DNA of 64,000 bases. Source: an uncultured Thermoplasmata archaeon (GTDB lineage Archaea > Thermoplasmatota > Thermoplasmata > Lutacidiplasmatales > UBA184). The DNA is taken from positions 125,681-189,680 of the forward strand of contig CAWJFK010000025.1 in assembly GCA_963842165.1 (NCBI GenBank). Direction: 5' to 3'. The notes under the pieces are model-generated. The model saw only the letters and a list, made by a program, of their open reading frames with translations, was not told the origin of the DNA and searched no databases. The translations under genes were made by a program, and so were the position numbers. This document shows, piece after piece, positions 36,383 to 46,848 of the stretch; position 1 is the first letter of the stretch; the number at the start of each line of letters is the position of its first letter.

Positions 36383-37291
36383 ATGGAAGTGGGAATCGTC
36401 GGCCTCGGAAAGATGGGCGGCAACATGACGGTCCGGCTGGTCCGGGGCGGTCACCGGGTCGTGGGGTACGCGCGGACCCCGGCCGTCGTCGAAGCGGTCG
36501 TTCAGCACGGCGCGGTCGGGGCGAACTCGCTCGCCGACCTGGTCCGCCAACTGAAGCCGCCTCGGGTCGTGTGGATGATGATCCCGTCCGGGGATCCGGT
36601 CGACCAAACCCTCGCCCAACTCCGTCCGCTCCTCTCCGCGGGGGACCTCGTCGTGGACGGAGGCAATTCCTACTATCGGGACACCCTGCGTCGGGCCGCG
36701 CTCGTCACGAGTTGGGGATTCCGATTCGTGGACGTCGGCACGAGCGGCGGGATCTGGGGTCTCGCGGAGGGGTACTCGATGATGGTCGGCGGGGCCGAAG
36801 TCGATGTCGAACGGCTCCGACCGATCCTCGAGACCCTGGCCCCCGGCCCGACGAAGGGCTGGGGCCGCATGGGGCCGGTCGGCTCGGGCCACTTCGTGAA
36901 GATGGTCCACAACGGGATCGAGTATGGCCTCATGCAGGCGTACGCCGAGGGGTTCGCGGTCCTCCAGGCGAAAAGCGACTTTGCTCTCGACCTCCACCAG
37001 GTCGCCGAGGTGTGGCGGGACGGCAGCGTCATTCGCTCGTGGCTGCTCGAACTCACCGAGGCGGCCCTCGCCGAGAACCCGACGCTGAAGGGGATTGAAC
37101 CCTGGGTCGCCGACTCGGGAGAGGGACGGTGGACCGTAACGGAGGCGATGGAGCTCAACATCCCGGCGCCGATCATCACCCTCGCCCTCCAGCAGCGGTT
37201 GCGCTCCCGCGAGACCGACCCGTTCACCGAACGCCTCCTCGCCCTGATGCGCAACAAGTTCGGCGGCCACGAAGTCAAGACGGAGCCGTAG
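36383..37291 (+). CDS. gnd: 6-phosphogluconate dehydrogenase, decarboxylating (short type)
   Basis: GLGKMG, VDGGNS, GHFVKMVHNGIEYG, DSGEGRWT and FGGH. SD-like AGGAGG upstream. Confidence 0.95.
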   Translation: MEVGIVGLGKMGGNMTVRLVRGGHRVVGYARTPAVVEAVVQHGAVGANSLADLVRQLKPPRVVWMMIPSGDPVDQTLAQLRPLLSAGDLVVDGGNSYYRDTLRRAALVTSWGFRFVDVGTSGGIWGLAEGYSMMVGGAEVDVERLRPILETLAPGPTKGWGRMGPVGSGHFVKMVHNGIEYGLMQAYAEGFAVLQAKSDFALDLHQVAEVWRDGSVIRSWLLELTEAALAENPTLKGIEPWVADSGEGRWTVTEAMELNIPAPIITLALQQRLRSRETDPFTERLLALMRNKFGGHEVKTEP

Positions 37292-37293
37292 GG

Positions 37294-38752
37294 ATGGCCG
37301 AGCCCCTCGCTCGCCCGCACGTCTTCGTCGCCTTCGGGGCGACGGGGGACCTCATGCAGCGCAAGCTGTTGCCCGGCGCTCTTCCACCTCCAGCAGGAGG
37401 GACGGTTCCCGGCGGGCAGCATCGTCCTCGGGGCGGCGCGGCACCCGCACGACGACGCCGGCTTTCGCGCGACGTGCTCCCAATCGTTGCTCACCGACGC
37501 GGCCGGTCCCGAGTCGGAGGTCCGGACGTTCTGCGGATCGAAACTGTTCTACCAGTGTCTGGGAGGTGACGGCCCCACCGGCTATCCCGGCCTCCGCGCG
37601 CGCATCGAGCAATTGGAACGGGACCACGGCCTTCCGGGGAACCGTATCTTCTATCTCGCGCTCCCGCTGGAAGCCTTCGGTCCCGCCCTCGAGGGTCTGG
37701 GCCAAGCGGGGCTCGCCAAAGGTCCGGGGTGGACCCGGGTCGTGGTCGAGAAGCCGTTCGGCCGAGACCTCGCGTCGGCGGTAGCGCTGAACGCGCTCGC
37801 GCACCGCTACTTCGAGGAGAAGCAGATCTTCCGCATCGACCACTACCTGGGCAAGGAGACCGTCCAGAACCTGCTCGTCTTCCGGTTCGCCAACGCGTTC
37901 GTGGAGTCCGACTGGAACCGCGACCGCGTGGAGCAGGTCGAGATCACGGTGGCCGAGAGCCTCGGCGTCGAGGGGCGCGCCGGCTACTACGAGACCGCGG
38001 GCGCCCTCCGCGATATGGTCCAGAACCACGTCACCCAGATCCTCACGCTGACCGCGATGGAGCCCCCGGCCCGGCGCACCGAGGACGAGATCCGCGACGA
38101 GAAGGTGAAGGTGCTCCGAAGCACCTTGCCGATCCGCCCCCAGGACGTGGTTCGGGCGCAGTACCAGCGAGGGACGGTCGGCGGGGCCGCCGTCCTCGGG
38201 TATCGGGAAGAGCCGGGCGTTTCGCCGACCTCGACGACCGAGACCTACCTCGCCCTCCGGCTCCGGATCGCCAACTGGCGGTGGCACAACGTCCCCTTTC
38301 TGGTCCGAACGGGAAAGCGCCTCCCGGCGAAGTCGAGCCGTGTCGTGGTGACGTTCAAGGCCCCGCCGGTCTCGTTCTTCCAGTCCGAGAAGGAATACGA
38401 GATGAACCCCGACCGGCTCACGATCCTGCTCCAGCCGGAGGAGGGGTTCGAGATCGCCTTCGAGATCAAGGTTCCCGGACGCGAGATGCGCGTCCAGACC
38501 CACCGGATGAAGTTCCACTACGCCGACGTCTTCGGAGAGCTGCCGGACGGCTACGAGACGCTCGTGCAGGACGTCATGATCGGCGATGCGAGCCTGTTCG
38601 TCCGCGCCGATGAGGTCGAAGAATCCTGGCGGCTGTACGGTCCGATCCTCGTCGACCCGCCGCCGTTGGTCTTCTACCCCGCGGGCTCCGAAGGCCCCGA
38701 AGAGGCGAAGCGCCTCGCCGAAGCCTGGGGGCACCGGTGGAGCACGGAGTAG
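37294..38752 (+). CDS. zwf: Glucose-6-phosphate 1-dehydrogenase, canonical Zwf (frameshift near 37375)
   Basis: FGATGDL..RKL, EKPFG, RIDHYLGKE, RDMVQNH and RTGK motifs. Confidence 0.95.
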
Positions 38753-39518
38753 GTCGCATCGTTCACATCTACCCGGACCTACCGGCGGCCGCCCGGCGGC
38801 CGCGGCCCATCTCTTCACGCGAGCCGAGGAATCCGTCCGGGCGCGCGGTCGGTTCGCGTGGGTCCTGGCCGGCGGCCATACCCCCGAGGGTCTGTACCAC
38901 CTGCTTTCCCGGACCTACCGTCGCCGGTTCCCGTGGGGGGCCACGGAGGTCTACTTCGGTGACGAACGATGCGTGTCCCCCCGCGCCCCCGAGAGCAACT
39001 TTGCGATGGCCCGGTCGTCGCTCCTGGCCCAGGTCGCGATCCCGGCCCGCCGGATCCACCGGCTGCGGGGAGAGCTTCGCCCGCCCTCTCGGGCCGCCTC
39101 CGACTATGCCCGTCGACTCGGTTCTCCGGCCGCCCACCGGGGCATGGACCGGGCCCTGTTCGACCTGGTACTTCTGGGAATCGGGGCCGACGGGCACACG
39201 GCCTCTCTCTTTCCGAAGGATCGAGCTCTGCGCGAACGCTACCGCTCCGTGGTGAGCGTCCGCCGTCCGGGCCAGCCCCCGTTCGTCCCACGCCTCACGC
39301 TCACCCTTCCCGCGATCGCGTCCTCGCGCGAGGTCGTGTTCCTCGTCCCCGGCCCGGAGAAGGCCGCCGCAGCCGCGGCCATCTTTTGGTCCTTCCCGGA
39401 GGGCGATCCGAAGTGGCCGGCCAGCCTGGTCCGGTCCGCGGGCTCGACGGTCTGGTTCTTCGACCGCGCCGCGGCGTCCGAACTCCCGCCGGGACTTCGG
39501 CGGCGCGGAGCGGCCTAG
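38737..39518 (+). CDS. pgl: 6-phosphogluconolactonase (frameshift near 38795)
   Basis: LAGGHTP, GDERCV, SNF, LLGIGADGHTASLFP and RLTLT motifs. Confidence 0.9.
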
Positions 39519-40295
39519 CGACGCCCGGTCGGGTCGGGCTCGCCGGCGAGCTGGGGCGGGATGGCGCGTCGCGGCGGCAAAGACCTCGGGGCCGTTGGCG
39601 GGGAACCCGGGCCAACTCGACCCGCCCCATAGTCGGACGCCTCCCACGATGGCCTCGCGGTTGTCGCCGCGCCGGACTCCGGGCAGCATCCGGTCGAGCT
39701 TGCGCACGTTCCCCCCGCCGAGCACGACCTCGTCCGGCTCGAGCGCTGCCTCGAGGAGCTCGACTACCCGGTAGACCTCCTTCTGCCACTTCCGGCGACC
39801 GAGTCGATCGAGGCTGGCCTCCCCCACGTACTCTTCGAACGTCCGGCCCTTCTTGTACGGCAGGTGGGCGAGCTCCATGGGTTGGAGCTTCCCCTCGACG
39901 ATCATGGCCGAGCCGAGTCCGGTTCCGAGGCCCAGGAAGAGCATGTGGCCGCCGCGGTAACTTCCCAAGCCTTGCAGGGCGGCGTCGTTCACGATACGGA
40001 CCGGGCATCCGAACGCCGCCTCGAAATCGAAACCGACCCACCCGGCGCCGAGGTTGTGCGGTTCGCGAGCGATTCGACCTCGGACGACTAGCCCGGGGTA
40101 GCCCATCGCGATGACATCATACCGTTCTCCGGCCAAGAGCTTCGAGAGCCCGCGCACCATCCGTGACGGCGTGAGCCGGGGCCCGGACGGGATCCGCCGT
40201 TCCTTCGCGCTGTCGGAGAACGCGGCCTTGACATGACTCCCACCGATATCGAGCACGAGGATTCGGGAGGGTGCCCGTGGTTCCGGCGTCGACAT
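39515..40295 (-). CDS. ROK-family / polyphosphate glucokinase-like sugar kinase (3' end uncertain)
   Basis: LDIGGSHVK, NDAALQ, LGLGTGLGSA, MELAH and LGGGN motifs. Confidence 0.85.
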
Positions 40296-40323
40296 GTTCG
40301 AGGCCCAGGAACGCGCGGGGCGG

Positions 40324-41295
40324 TTAAGGCTCACCGCGAGCCGGCCGGGAACGGGGCGAGTCCCGCGAGCGGCGAGGGCTCGACCCGGTCGGGAAGGCGA
40401 ATCGGAGGGACAGGAGATCCCCTCCGCGTCGGACCCCGTCGAGCTCGCCCCAGAGGGGGTGTTCGGGCGCGAAGGTCCGACCCGCCCACCAGCCGGGTCG
40501 ATTCATGTGGCCCCGCCCCGCGACCTGAGGTGCGAGCGTGAGGAACAGGGCCTCCAACCGGTGGTCCTCGAAGAACGTTCCCATGAGATGAGGTCCCCCT
40601 TCGATCAGTACCACGTCGGGGCGAATCCGCGCGCGGACGGCGTCGAGGCACCTGGGCGGCACCAATCTCTCCCGAGTGCCGCAGGGCGACCACGTCCACG
40701 CTCGGAACGTGACGGGCCCGGACCAAACGTCGGGCCCCTTGCTCATTGGTCACGATCAGTGCGGGGACTTGGCCCCGTGCGAAGAGCGGCAGGCGCAGGT
40801 CCAGTCGGCCCGTGGCCGTGACGATCACGTTCAACGGCATCGGGGGCTTCTTCAGCGAACGGCGCAAGGCGGCGTACTCGCGGGCCGCGGCAGGGTACAC
40901 GTGGTCGGCGGTCCAGGTGTGCCGAGGAACGGCTCGCAACGTGCCCGCCCCTACAATGACGACGTCGGCGAGGGCGCGCAGCAATCCCATTACGAATCGG
41001 TCGTACGGGTTGAACCCAGTGATCTCACTCCCGCTGGAGACTCCGTGGGCGTGGAGCGACACCACGCCGTCAAGCGTCCTGTCGCGAAATTGCCCATGAC
41101 GAACGGCCTCGAAGAATGCGGGGGGATCCGGAGTGTCCCGTACACTCGAGCGAGGGCACGGGGCAATGGGACAGGCCGGCCCCGGGCACGGTCGAACAGC
41201 GACTCGAGCGGTGGGAGCGAATCTCGCGTCCCTCTAGGATCGGTCGCCGTCGCCGGTTGGGGCTTCGGGGAACGAAGGGTTGGGTCAGGTCCCAT
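40324..41295 (-). CDS. RibD C-terminal / dihydrofolate reductase-family protein (frameshifted)
   Basis: NF..LDG.V, DRFVMGLLRA.AD..IVGAGT, IEGGP and LFLTLAP motifs. Confidence 0.8.
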
Positions 41296-41502
41296 GTGGC
41301 GCACTTCTCGGGACGGTTCCGCCCCTCCCGCCCGACCTCGGGGCCCCTTCTAAGGTCGGTGGCGTCGGGCGCCCATCGCATCGGTCGTCGTCAGAACCGA
41401 CCTCTCCCTCGGGGTTCCGATTGAGTCGGAGCAATCATTAAAATAAGATGGACCCCGAAAAGAAACGGTCAGACCCCGAATACCCGACGGAGGAAGCACT
41501 TC

Positions 41503-42140
41503 ATGAACGTTCTCAACGCGAGCCCCCGGAACTGGAGAAAGAGACCGAGTCGGGCCGTGTCGCCCATCATCGCCACTATTCTCCTCGTGGCGGTCGCGGT
41601 CGTGCTGGCCGCCATTCTGTACGTGCTGGTCTCGGGGCTCGTCCACGGCCCCGGTCGACGCCCATTGGGAGCGCCTTCGCCGCGGGGCACCCGGCGACAG
41701 GTACTTGCGCGGCGGGGAGCGCCCAGTCGCTGGGGGCCGCGCCGATCTCGGGTGGTTGCAAGGCGGGCGATTTCATCTACACCCTTACGGTCGAGTCGTC
41801 CACGGTCTCGCTCGGGAGCGTGCTCTTCGTGGTCAAGACCGCCTCGGGCGCGGTCTACTCGGGTGGGAGCGCCAGTTCCTCCTTCGCACTGATCGATATC
41901 ACGAATCACGTCGCCGCCCTCAGCGTCACCGGTGCGACGATCGCGATGACCACGACCTGGCAAGCCTACGGTCTCACGACCACCGCTCCAACCTACACTT
42001 CGTCGAGCGCGTTGACCAACCTCCACACCATCGTGATCGACATGGGCTCCGCCTCCCCCACGACCGGCCAGGGGCTCAAGCTCGTCGCGGTGGGCACGGG
42101 CTCCTTCTCGGGCGCCACTGGTCCCCTCGCCCTGCCCTAG
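41503..42140 (+). CDS. Archaeal type IV pilin (class III signal peptide; frameshift near 41650)
   Basis: RKRPSRA/VSPIIATILLVAVAVVLAAILY prepilin motif followed by a Ser/Thr-rich globular domain. Confidence 0.88.
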
Positions 42141-42407
42141 TGGGTTCGTCCCTCCGCCCCCAACCCCCACTCCTTCCGCTCCGCCAGCACGACGCGTCTC
42201 CGCGCTACGCACGATCCCGCCAGCGGATACCGGCTTCCCGTCTGGCGCAACAGAATTCCGCCCCCCCGACCGGTCCCGAGGAATTCGCGAGGTCGCGCGG
42301 TAGGTCAATCGGCCGGTATGTGGTTCGAGACTGACCCATTTTCAGGGCCGGTACGCCGTCCGCTGGCCTGCCAACAGCGGACGGGCGCGTCGCGCGGGCA
42401 GGGTCTG

Positions 42408-42419
42408 ATGCCGGGGCCA
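42408..42419. repeat. 12-bp direct repeat of the tRNA-Leu(CAA) 3' end (possible att remnant)
   Basis: ATGCCGGGGCCA at 42408-42419 is identical to 45050-45061. Confidence 0.4.
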
Positions 42420-42648
42420 CGCCTGGAACAGATTTTCGGATTCTATGCGTGTGTAACGGCTAATCCGCAACGACGACCGTTTCTCCGGCTTGGAAGAGAA
42501 CGGCGATGCCTATGCCAGGCTCCGAACGAATCTTCGGATTCTAGATCAGCCCCCCAACGAGGCAATCGAGGGGTGGCGTGAGCCTCCGGGCGAGGATTTC
42601 CCCGTTACTCAAACCCCGAGTTAGAAACGGGTTGGAGCCGTCGACTCG

Positions 42649-43194
42649 ATGACGTCTAGGCAAGGCAACGAGCGCTTAAGTCGAACACCCGATTTCCGCC
42701 TCCTATGCCCGAACGGGGCCACCGGTTGGTACGGTACCACCCGGGTTCGCTTGTCACTAGTGATCCGCGCCCCTTCGCGATACGTGTACGAGTGGTGCAC
42801 GGACTACCGGACCAGTGACTCGCGGTTCTCGAAGAGGCGTCCTCGTCCGACGTTTCGAGTGATCCGAGTTTCGCCGCGTCGCGTGGTCCGCATCCGCGTA
42901 GCCCGGGGCCGCGGTCGCGACCCCGCGATCGCCGTCGACCTGGTGCGTCTCAATCCGCCGTACTCCTGGCACCTCGATCAGATCGACGAAACCGATCGGC
43001 AGTCGCTGGATTATCGTGTTACCGCGATAGGCCCAGCGCGGACCCGCCTTCATCTGCTCTCCACCGAGCGCTGGGTCACGTCCGACCATCCGACTAAGGA
43101 AGAACTTCGGGCACAGATAGCGGCCACTTGGGCTCGGTTTGGGGCGGCCTGCGAGGCCGACTATCGTGCGGGACGGCCCGCGAGGGGACACTAA
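42649..43194 (+). CDS. Hypothetical protein, possibly SRPBCC/START-like fold
   Basis: IRAP..YVYEWCTDY N-terminal pattern and a C-terminal W..F helix. The true start is uncertain. Confidence 0.55.
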   Translation: MTSRQGNERLSRTPDFRLLCPNGATGWYGTTRVRLSLVIRAPSRYVYEWCTDYRTSDSRFSKRRPRPTFRVIRVSPRRVVRIRVARGRGRDPAIAVDLVRLNPPYSWHLDQIDETDRQSLDYRVTAIGPARTRLHLLSTERWVTSDHPTKEELRAQIAATWARFGAACEADYRAGRPARGH

Positions 43195-43196
43195 AG

Positions 43197-43212
43197 GACC
43201 CCTTTCGGGGTC
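43197..43212. terminator. GC hairpin between convergent genes
   Basis: GACCCC-TTTC-GGGGTC immediately after the stop at 43194. Confidence 0.3.
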
Positions 43213-43300
43213 TCCTTAGAGAACTCCCTGGGCAGACAGCGGTCGGACCTGGAGGAGAGCTGGCTCAAGGTTAGGCAATGAGCCCCGTTCCACGAGCGGC

Positions 43301-44858
43301 TCAAGGTCGCGAGGTCGGGGGTTCCAGACTCGAGGGCCAGAGGGAGTAGAGGGCCCGGGGAGGGGGCTTCCTGCCCCGTCTTCTCACCAATGCGAACGTC
43401 ACCACCGAACCTAGGACCACGACGAGGACCACTCCAAGAATCGCCCATTCAATCGTGGTGGTTATCAGAGGAGTTTGGGAGAATGAGATACTCACATTCA
43501 CCGGAGAGCTGGAGAGGTTCAGTTCCCCTGATGAGGGTGTCGCGCGGTAACCCTGCACCGCGCCTATCTGGTACGAGTAGATCCCGGTCAGGGCCGGGAA
43601 AGTAACCACGGGGTCCGTCGTCATTTGGATGTCGCCGTCTAGCGTCACCTCCCAGGCGGTGCGCTGGGGAAGTCCGCTCTCCGAGAAGGTGACATTGCTG
43701 GGGGGATGATTTGCGAGGATCGCGAGCGTTCCATTCTGCGTGTTTGCCGCGTAGACCAGCCCGTCCTCGGGGTCGACCGCAATCCCACTGAAGGAGCCTC
43801 CCAAGGCCAAGGTCTGCGTAACCCTGTTCGTGGCGTCGGAGATCACGGTAACCCCGGAGGATCCGGTCGACGAACACTTGGTCCGTGATATTGTCGTACG
43901 CAACGCCCAAGGGCGACGAACTCACCGAGACATTTGCCACGACTTGATTGGTCGAGTCCGAGATGACAGTGACTGCTGGGTCGGGATAATCCCCGACGAA
44001 GATCTCCCCCTTCCCGGAGTCGTACGCAAGATAGACACCCGACACGGGCGACACGGTGGCGACGACCGAGTCCTGAGTGTCGGAGATTACGCTCACCCCG
44101 TTCGAGCCGGGGAGAAACACCTCTCCTTTCCCCGAGTCGTAGGCAAGTTCGCTGCCCTCCGACGTCCCGTTGATGGTGGCCACGACCGAGTTGGTCAAAT
44201 CCGAAATTACGCTCACCCCACTCGGCGTACCCGCGACGAAAAGCTCTCCACGGGCAGAGTCGAACGCGATTCCCCCCGGTCCTCCCTCTCCCCCCACGAA
44301 CAGTGAGGCGGAGACCGAGCCATTGGCACCCGACACGACATAGACCGCACCGGTTCCCCAGTCGGAGACGAGCGCCTCCCCCCGCGCGGCATCGTAGGCC
44401 ACTTCCTCGGGGTAGACTCCCACTTTCGTTGCAGAGGACACTCGGTGCGTCAGGGGGGACACGAAGCTCAGATTCCCCCCTGTGTCGCGAGCACGTCCGG
44501 GACTCGTGACGAGGACTCCCCCCGTACCGGAATCGTACGCTAGGTCCCGTGGGAGGGTTGAGGCAGTTTCGACGGAAGCTAGAAAGTTCCCGGAGATCAG
44601 CGTGTTGTTGGCGAGAACCAGGGTGGTGGCGACGTACCAAGTTCCGGGTGCGGCGGAAGCACCGTGAGGCACGGCCGTCGGAGCGACAAAGTGAGCGGCA
44701 ACTGCTTGGGAGACTGCCCCCGGGAAGATTGTTGATGCCACGAGGAGAATAACGAGCGAAACCTCCCACGGGCGGAACAGTTGAGACGGAGAGGCCGTCG
44801 TCACCAACTCGAACGAAGGTGGAGCACGCAATGAACCTTTCCGGAAAAGTTGGCCCAC
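43301..44858 (-). CDS. YVTN/YncE-type beta-propeller surface protein with thermopsin-type repeat and C-terminal TM anchor (frameshifted)
   Basis: Repeated LAYDSGKGE.FV..VSVISD..N.VVAT blades, VTFSESGLP..W repeat, and a TM helix with basic tail. Confidence 0.82.
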
Positions 44859-45050
44859 ACTTCATTCGAAGGCCGACGTTCTCCGCGGCCCCCCGGGAAG
44901 TAGGTCCCGCCACCTTCGGGTCCAACCTTGCATTGACCGAAGGAGCAAGGGTCCCCTGGTAAGAAGGTCGTTGTTCTGCGTTACATGGGAGCTTGACAAG
45001 GAACCCCTTTGCAAAGGCGGAGCCGAAGAGGGGCCTCGAAAAGAAGTTCA

Positions 45051-45133
45051 TGCCGGGGCCAGGATTTGAACCTGGGTACTCCTGCGAGAGCAGATCTTGA
45101 GTCTGCCGCCTTTGGCCGCTCGGCTACCCCGGC
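45051..45133 (-). tRNA. tRNA-Leu(CAA), intron-free
   Basis: Acceptor GCCGGGG/CCCCGGC, anticodon arm GCAGA-CTCAAGA-TCTGC, long variable arm and TTCAAAT T-loop. CCA is not encoded. Confidence 0.96.
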
Positions 45134-45159
45134 ACACCCCTCTGAGGAGCACCTCCGCC

Positions 45160-45571
45160 TTATGCTTCTTCCGAGCCGTCCTCGTCCACCGGCTCCTCTT
45201 CTTCGTCGCTCACTGGACCCACGAGCACCTCTTCCTCGCGCGGGGTGGACGGGTCGCCCCGTTCCGGGAGGGCGGAGCCGGGCCGTGCGGAGGTAACGAG
45301 CGTCCGTCGGGACACGCCGCAGGCGAGACAGGTCCTAACCCTCCGGTTTCCTCGGAGGCGGGTCCGCACCGTGCGCCCCTCCACCCAAAAGGCGGAGCAC
45401 CTCCGGCAATAGAGCTCGCGGTACTCCGGCGGGAGCCGGACATTGTACCGCGTTCCCACGCGTCGCGCGAGCTGTACGTACCGATCGGCGAGTCTTCCGT
45501 CGGGACGTTCCGCCTCCCGCTCCGCGAGCGCGAACAGGTCCGCGATCCGTTCGCGGGCGATCCGCACCATC
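45160..45571 (-). CDS. rnp4: Ribonuclease P protein component 4 (Rpp21)
   Basis: IARERI..LF..A..RYV.LA..R....LP..YCRRC..RTRL..CLACG. The start may be slightly upstream. Confidence 0.9.
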
Positions 45572-45605
45572 GCCGAGGTCCGGCGGCCGCGCCGGCCCCC
45601 GCGTC

Positions 45606-45977
45606 TCAGGGCCCCTGTGGTTGCTGGCATACGGGACAGTAGACCGCCGGGCGAGAGATCAGCGTCCCACACCGGATGCAGTACTTTCCATTCGGCGGAG
45701 GAGGGATGGGGGTCAGGTACACCGGGGACGGTACGGGTGGCGGAGCGGAGGGGGGCATGGGAATAACGTTCCCGGGGGCCGCGACGGTCGGGCCCGGACT
45801 GTAGAGGGGTGGCGGTGATGGAGGAGACGAACCTGGGGGACCCACGGACGCGGAGGGTGGCGGGCGCGGCATGACCGGACCCGTCGCTACATCGCCCTGG
45901 GGCAGAGTGAACCCGCACTTCGGACAGAAGAGAGCCCCGTCCGGTGCGAGCTGGCCGCAGTGGAGACAGAACGGCAC
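45606..45977 (-). CDS. Double zinc-ribbon, proline-rich protein
   Basis: CLHC..CPKC, Pro-rich linker and CIRC..CPVC. Confidence 0.75.
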   Translation of the reverse strand: MPFCLHCGQLAPDGALFCPKCGFTLPQGDVATGPVMPRPPPSASVGPPGSSPPSPPPLYSPGPTVAAPGNVIPMPPSAPPPVPSPVYLTPIPPPPNGKYCIRCGTLISRPAVYCPVCQQPQGP

Positions 45978-46021
45978 GTCGTGAGGAAGGTATATGCGAT
46001 ATTTGACCGTCAGGGCTCGCG

Positions 46022-46825
46022 GTGAGACATCGGTCGGTAGCGCTCGTCACGCGGGACGCGGCTCTCTACGCGGAGCTCGCGGGTCTTCTGCGGGAGCGAC
46101 GCTGGCCGGCGGTAAGCCTTCTTCCCGGTCAGCGGATTCCGGAAAGTGTCGCGGTCGTCCTCACGTCTGCCTCGGAGGCGGACCTCATTCGCCATGACCG
46201 CGTTCTGACCGTTACCCCGGACGGCGACCACCGGGCGCTCGGGGCTGCGGTCGAGCACGCGCTCGAATCCGGCAACCTAAAGGGCGAGGTCATCGTCGGG
46301 ATCGACCCCGGTCCCCGACCGGGCTATGCGGTCTGGGTGGGTACGTCCTGCATCGGCCAAGGGATCCTCGAGTCCCCCGAGTCGGTCGGGCTGTTCGCGA
46401 GCCAGATCCACCACCGGTTCCCTTCCCGTCACGTCCTTTTCCGGGTGGGGGCGGGCGACCCGCCCGACCGGAATCGCATCGTGAACAAGCTCCTCGCACA
46501 CCACCGATCCATCGAAGTCGTCAACGAGCACCGTACGACCCCCCGCGGGCACCGCCGCCCACGGGATGCGGCGGCGGCCCGCTCGATCGCCCAGATCCGA
46601 GGCGATGCGATCCGGGAACGGATCCCCTTCACGTTCACTGCCGGCGAGATCTCGAACCTCCAGCGGCTCAGCCGCGAGCACAGTGGGGGTCGCTTCACCA
46701 TCTCGCGCTCCTCGGCGGTCCGGGTGCTCCGCGGCGAGGTCTCGCTCACCGAGGCAGTCGACGCCGCGGCGCGGCGGAGCCCCGATCCGCCCTCGGCCCA
46801 CGGCGGCGCGCCGGAACCCCTTTAA
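46022..46825 (+). CDS. Conserved hypothetical protein with RNase H-like (RuvC/YqgF-type) motif
   Basis: VIVGIDPG..PGYAV, VNEH.TT and DAAAA..IA motifs. Confidence 0.65.
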   Translation: MRHRSVALVTRDAALYAELAGLLRERRWPAVSLLPGQRIPESVAVVLTSASEADLIRHDRVLTVTPDGDHRALGAAVEHALESGNLKGEVIVGIDPGPRPGYAVWVGTSCIGQGILESPESVGLFASQIHHRFPSRHVLFRVGAGDPPDRNRIVNKLLAHHRSIEVVNEHRTTPRGHRRPRDAAAARSIAQIRGDAIRERIPFTFTAGEISNLQRLSREHSGGRFTISRSSAVRVLRGEVSLTEAVDAAARRSPDPPSAHGGAPEPL

Positions 46826-46848
46826 TCCCGACGCCGCTCCTCGCGCCC

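Noticed and set aside
33748..37098. 1116-aa ORF suggesting a Tal-Pgi-HAD mega-fusion
   Set aside because: The frame passes through non-homologous stretches created by indels. HAD and gnd have their own starts.
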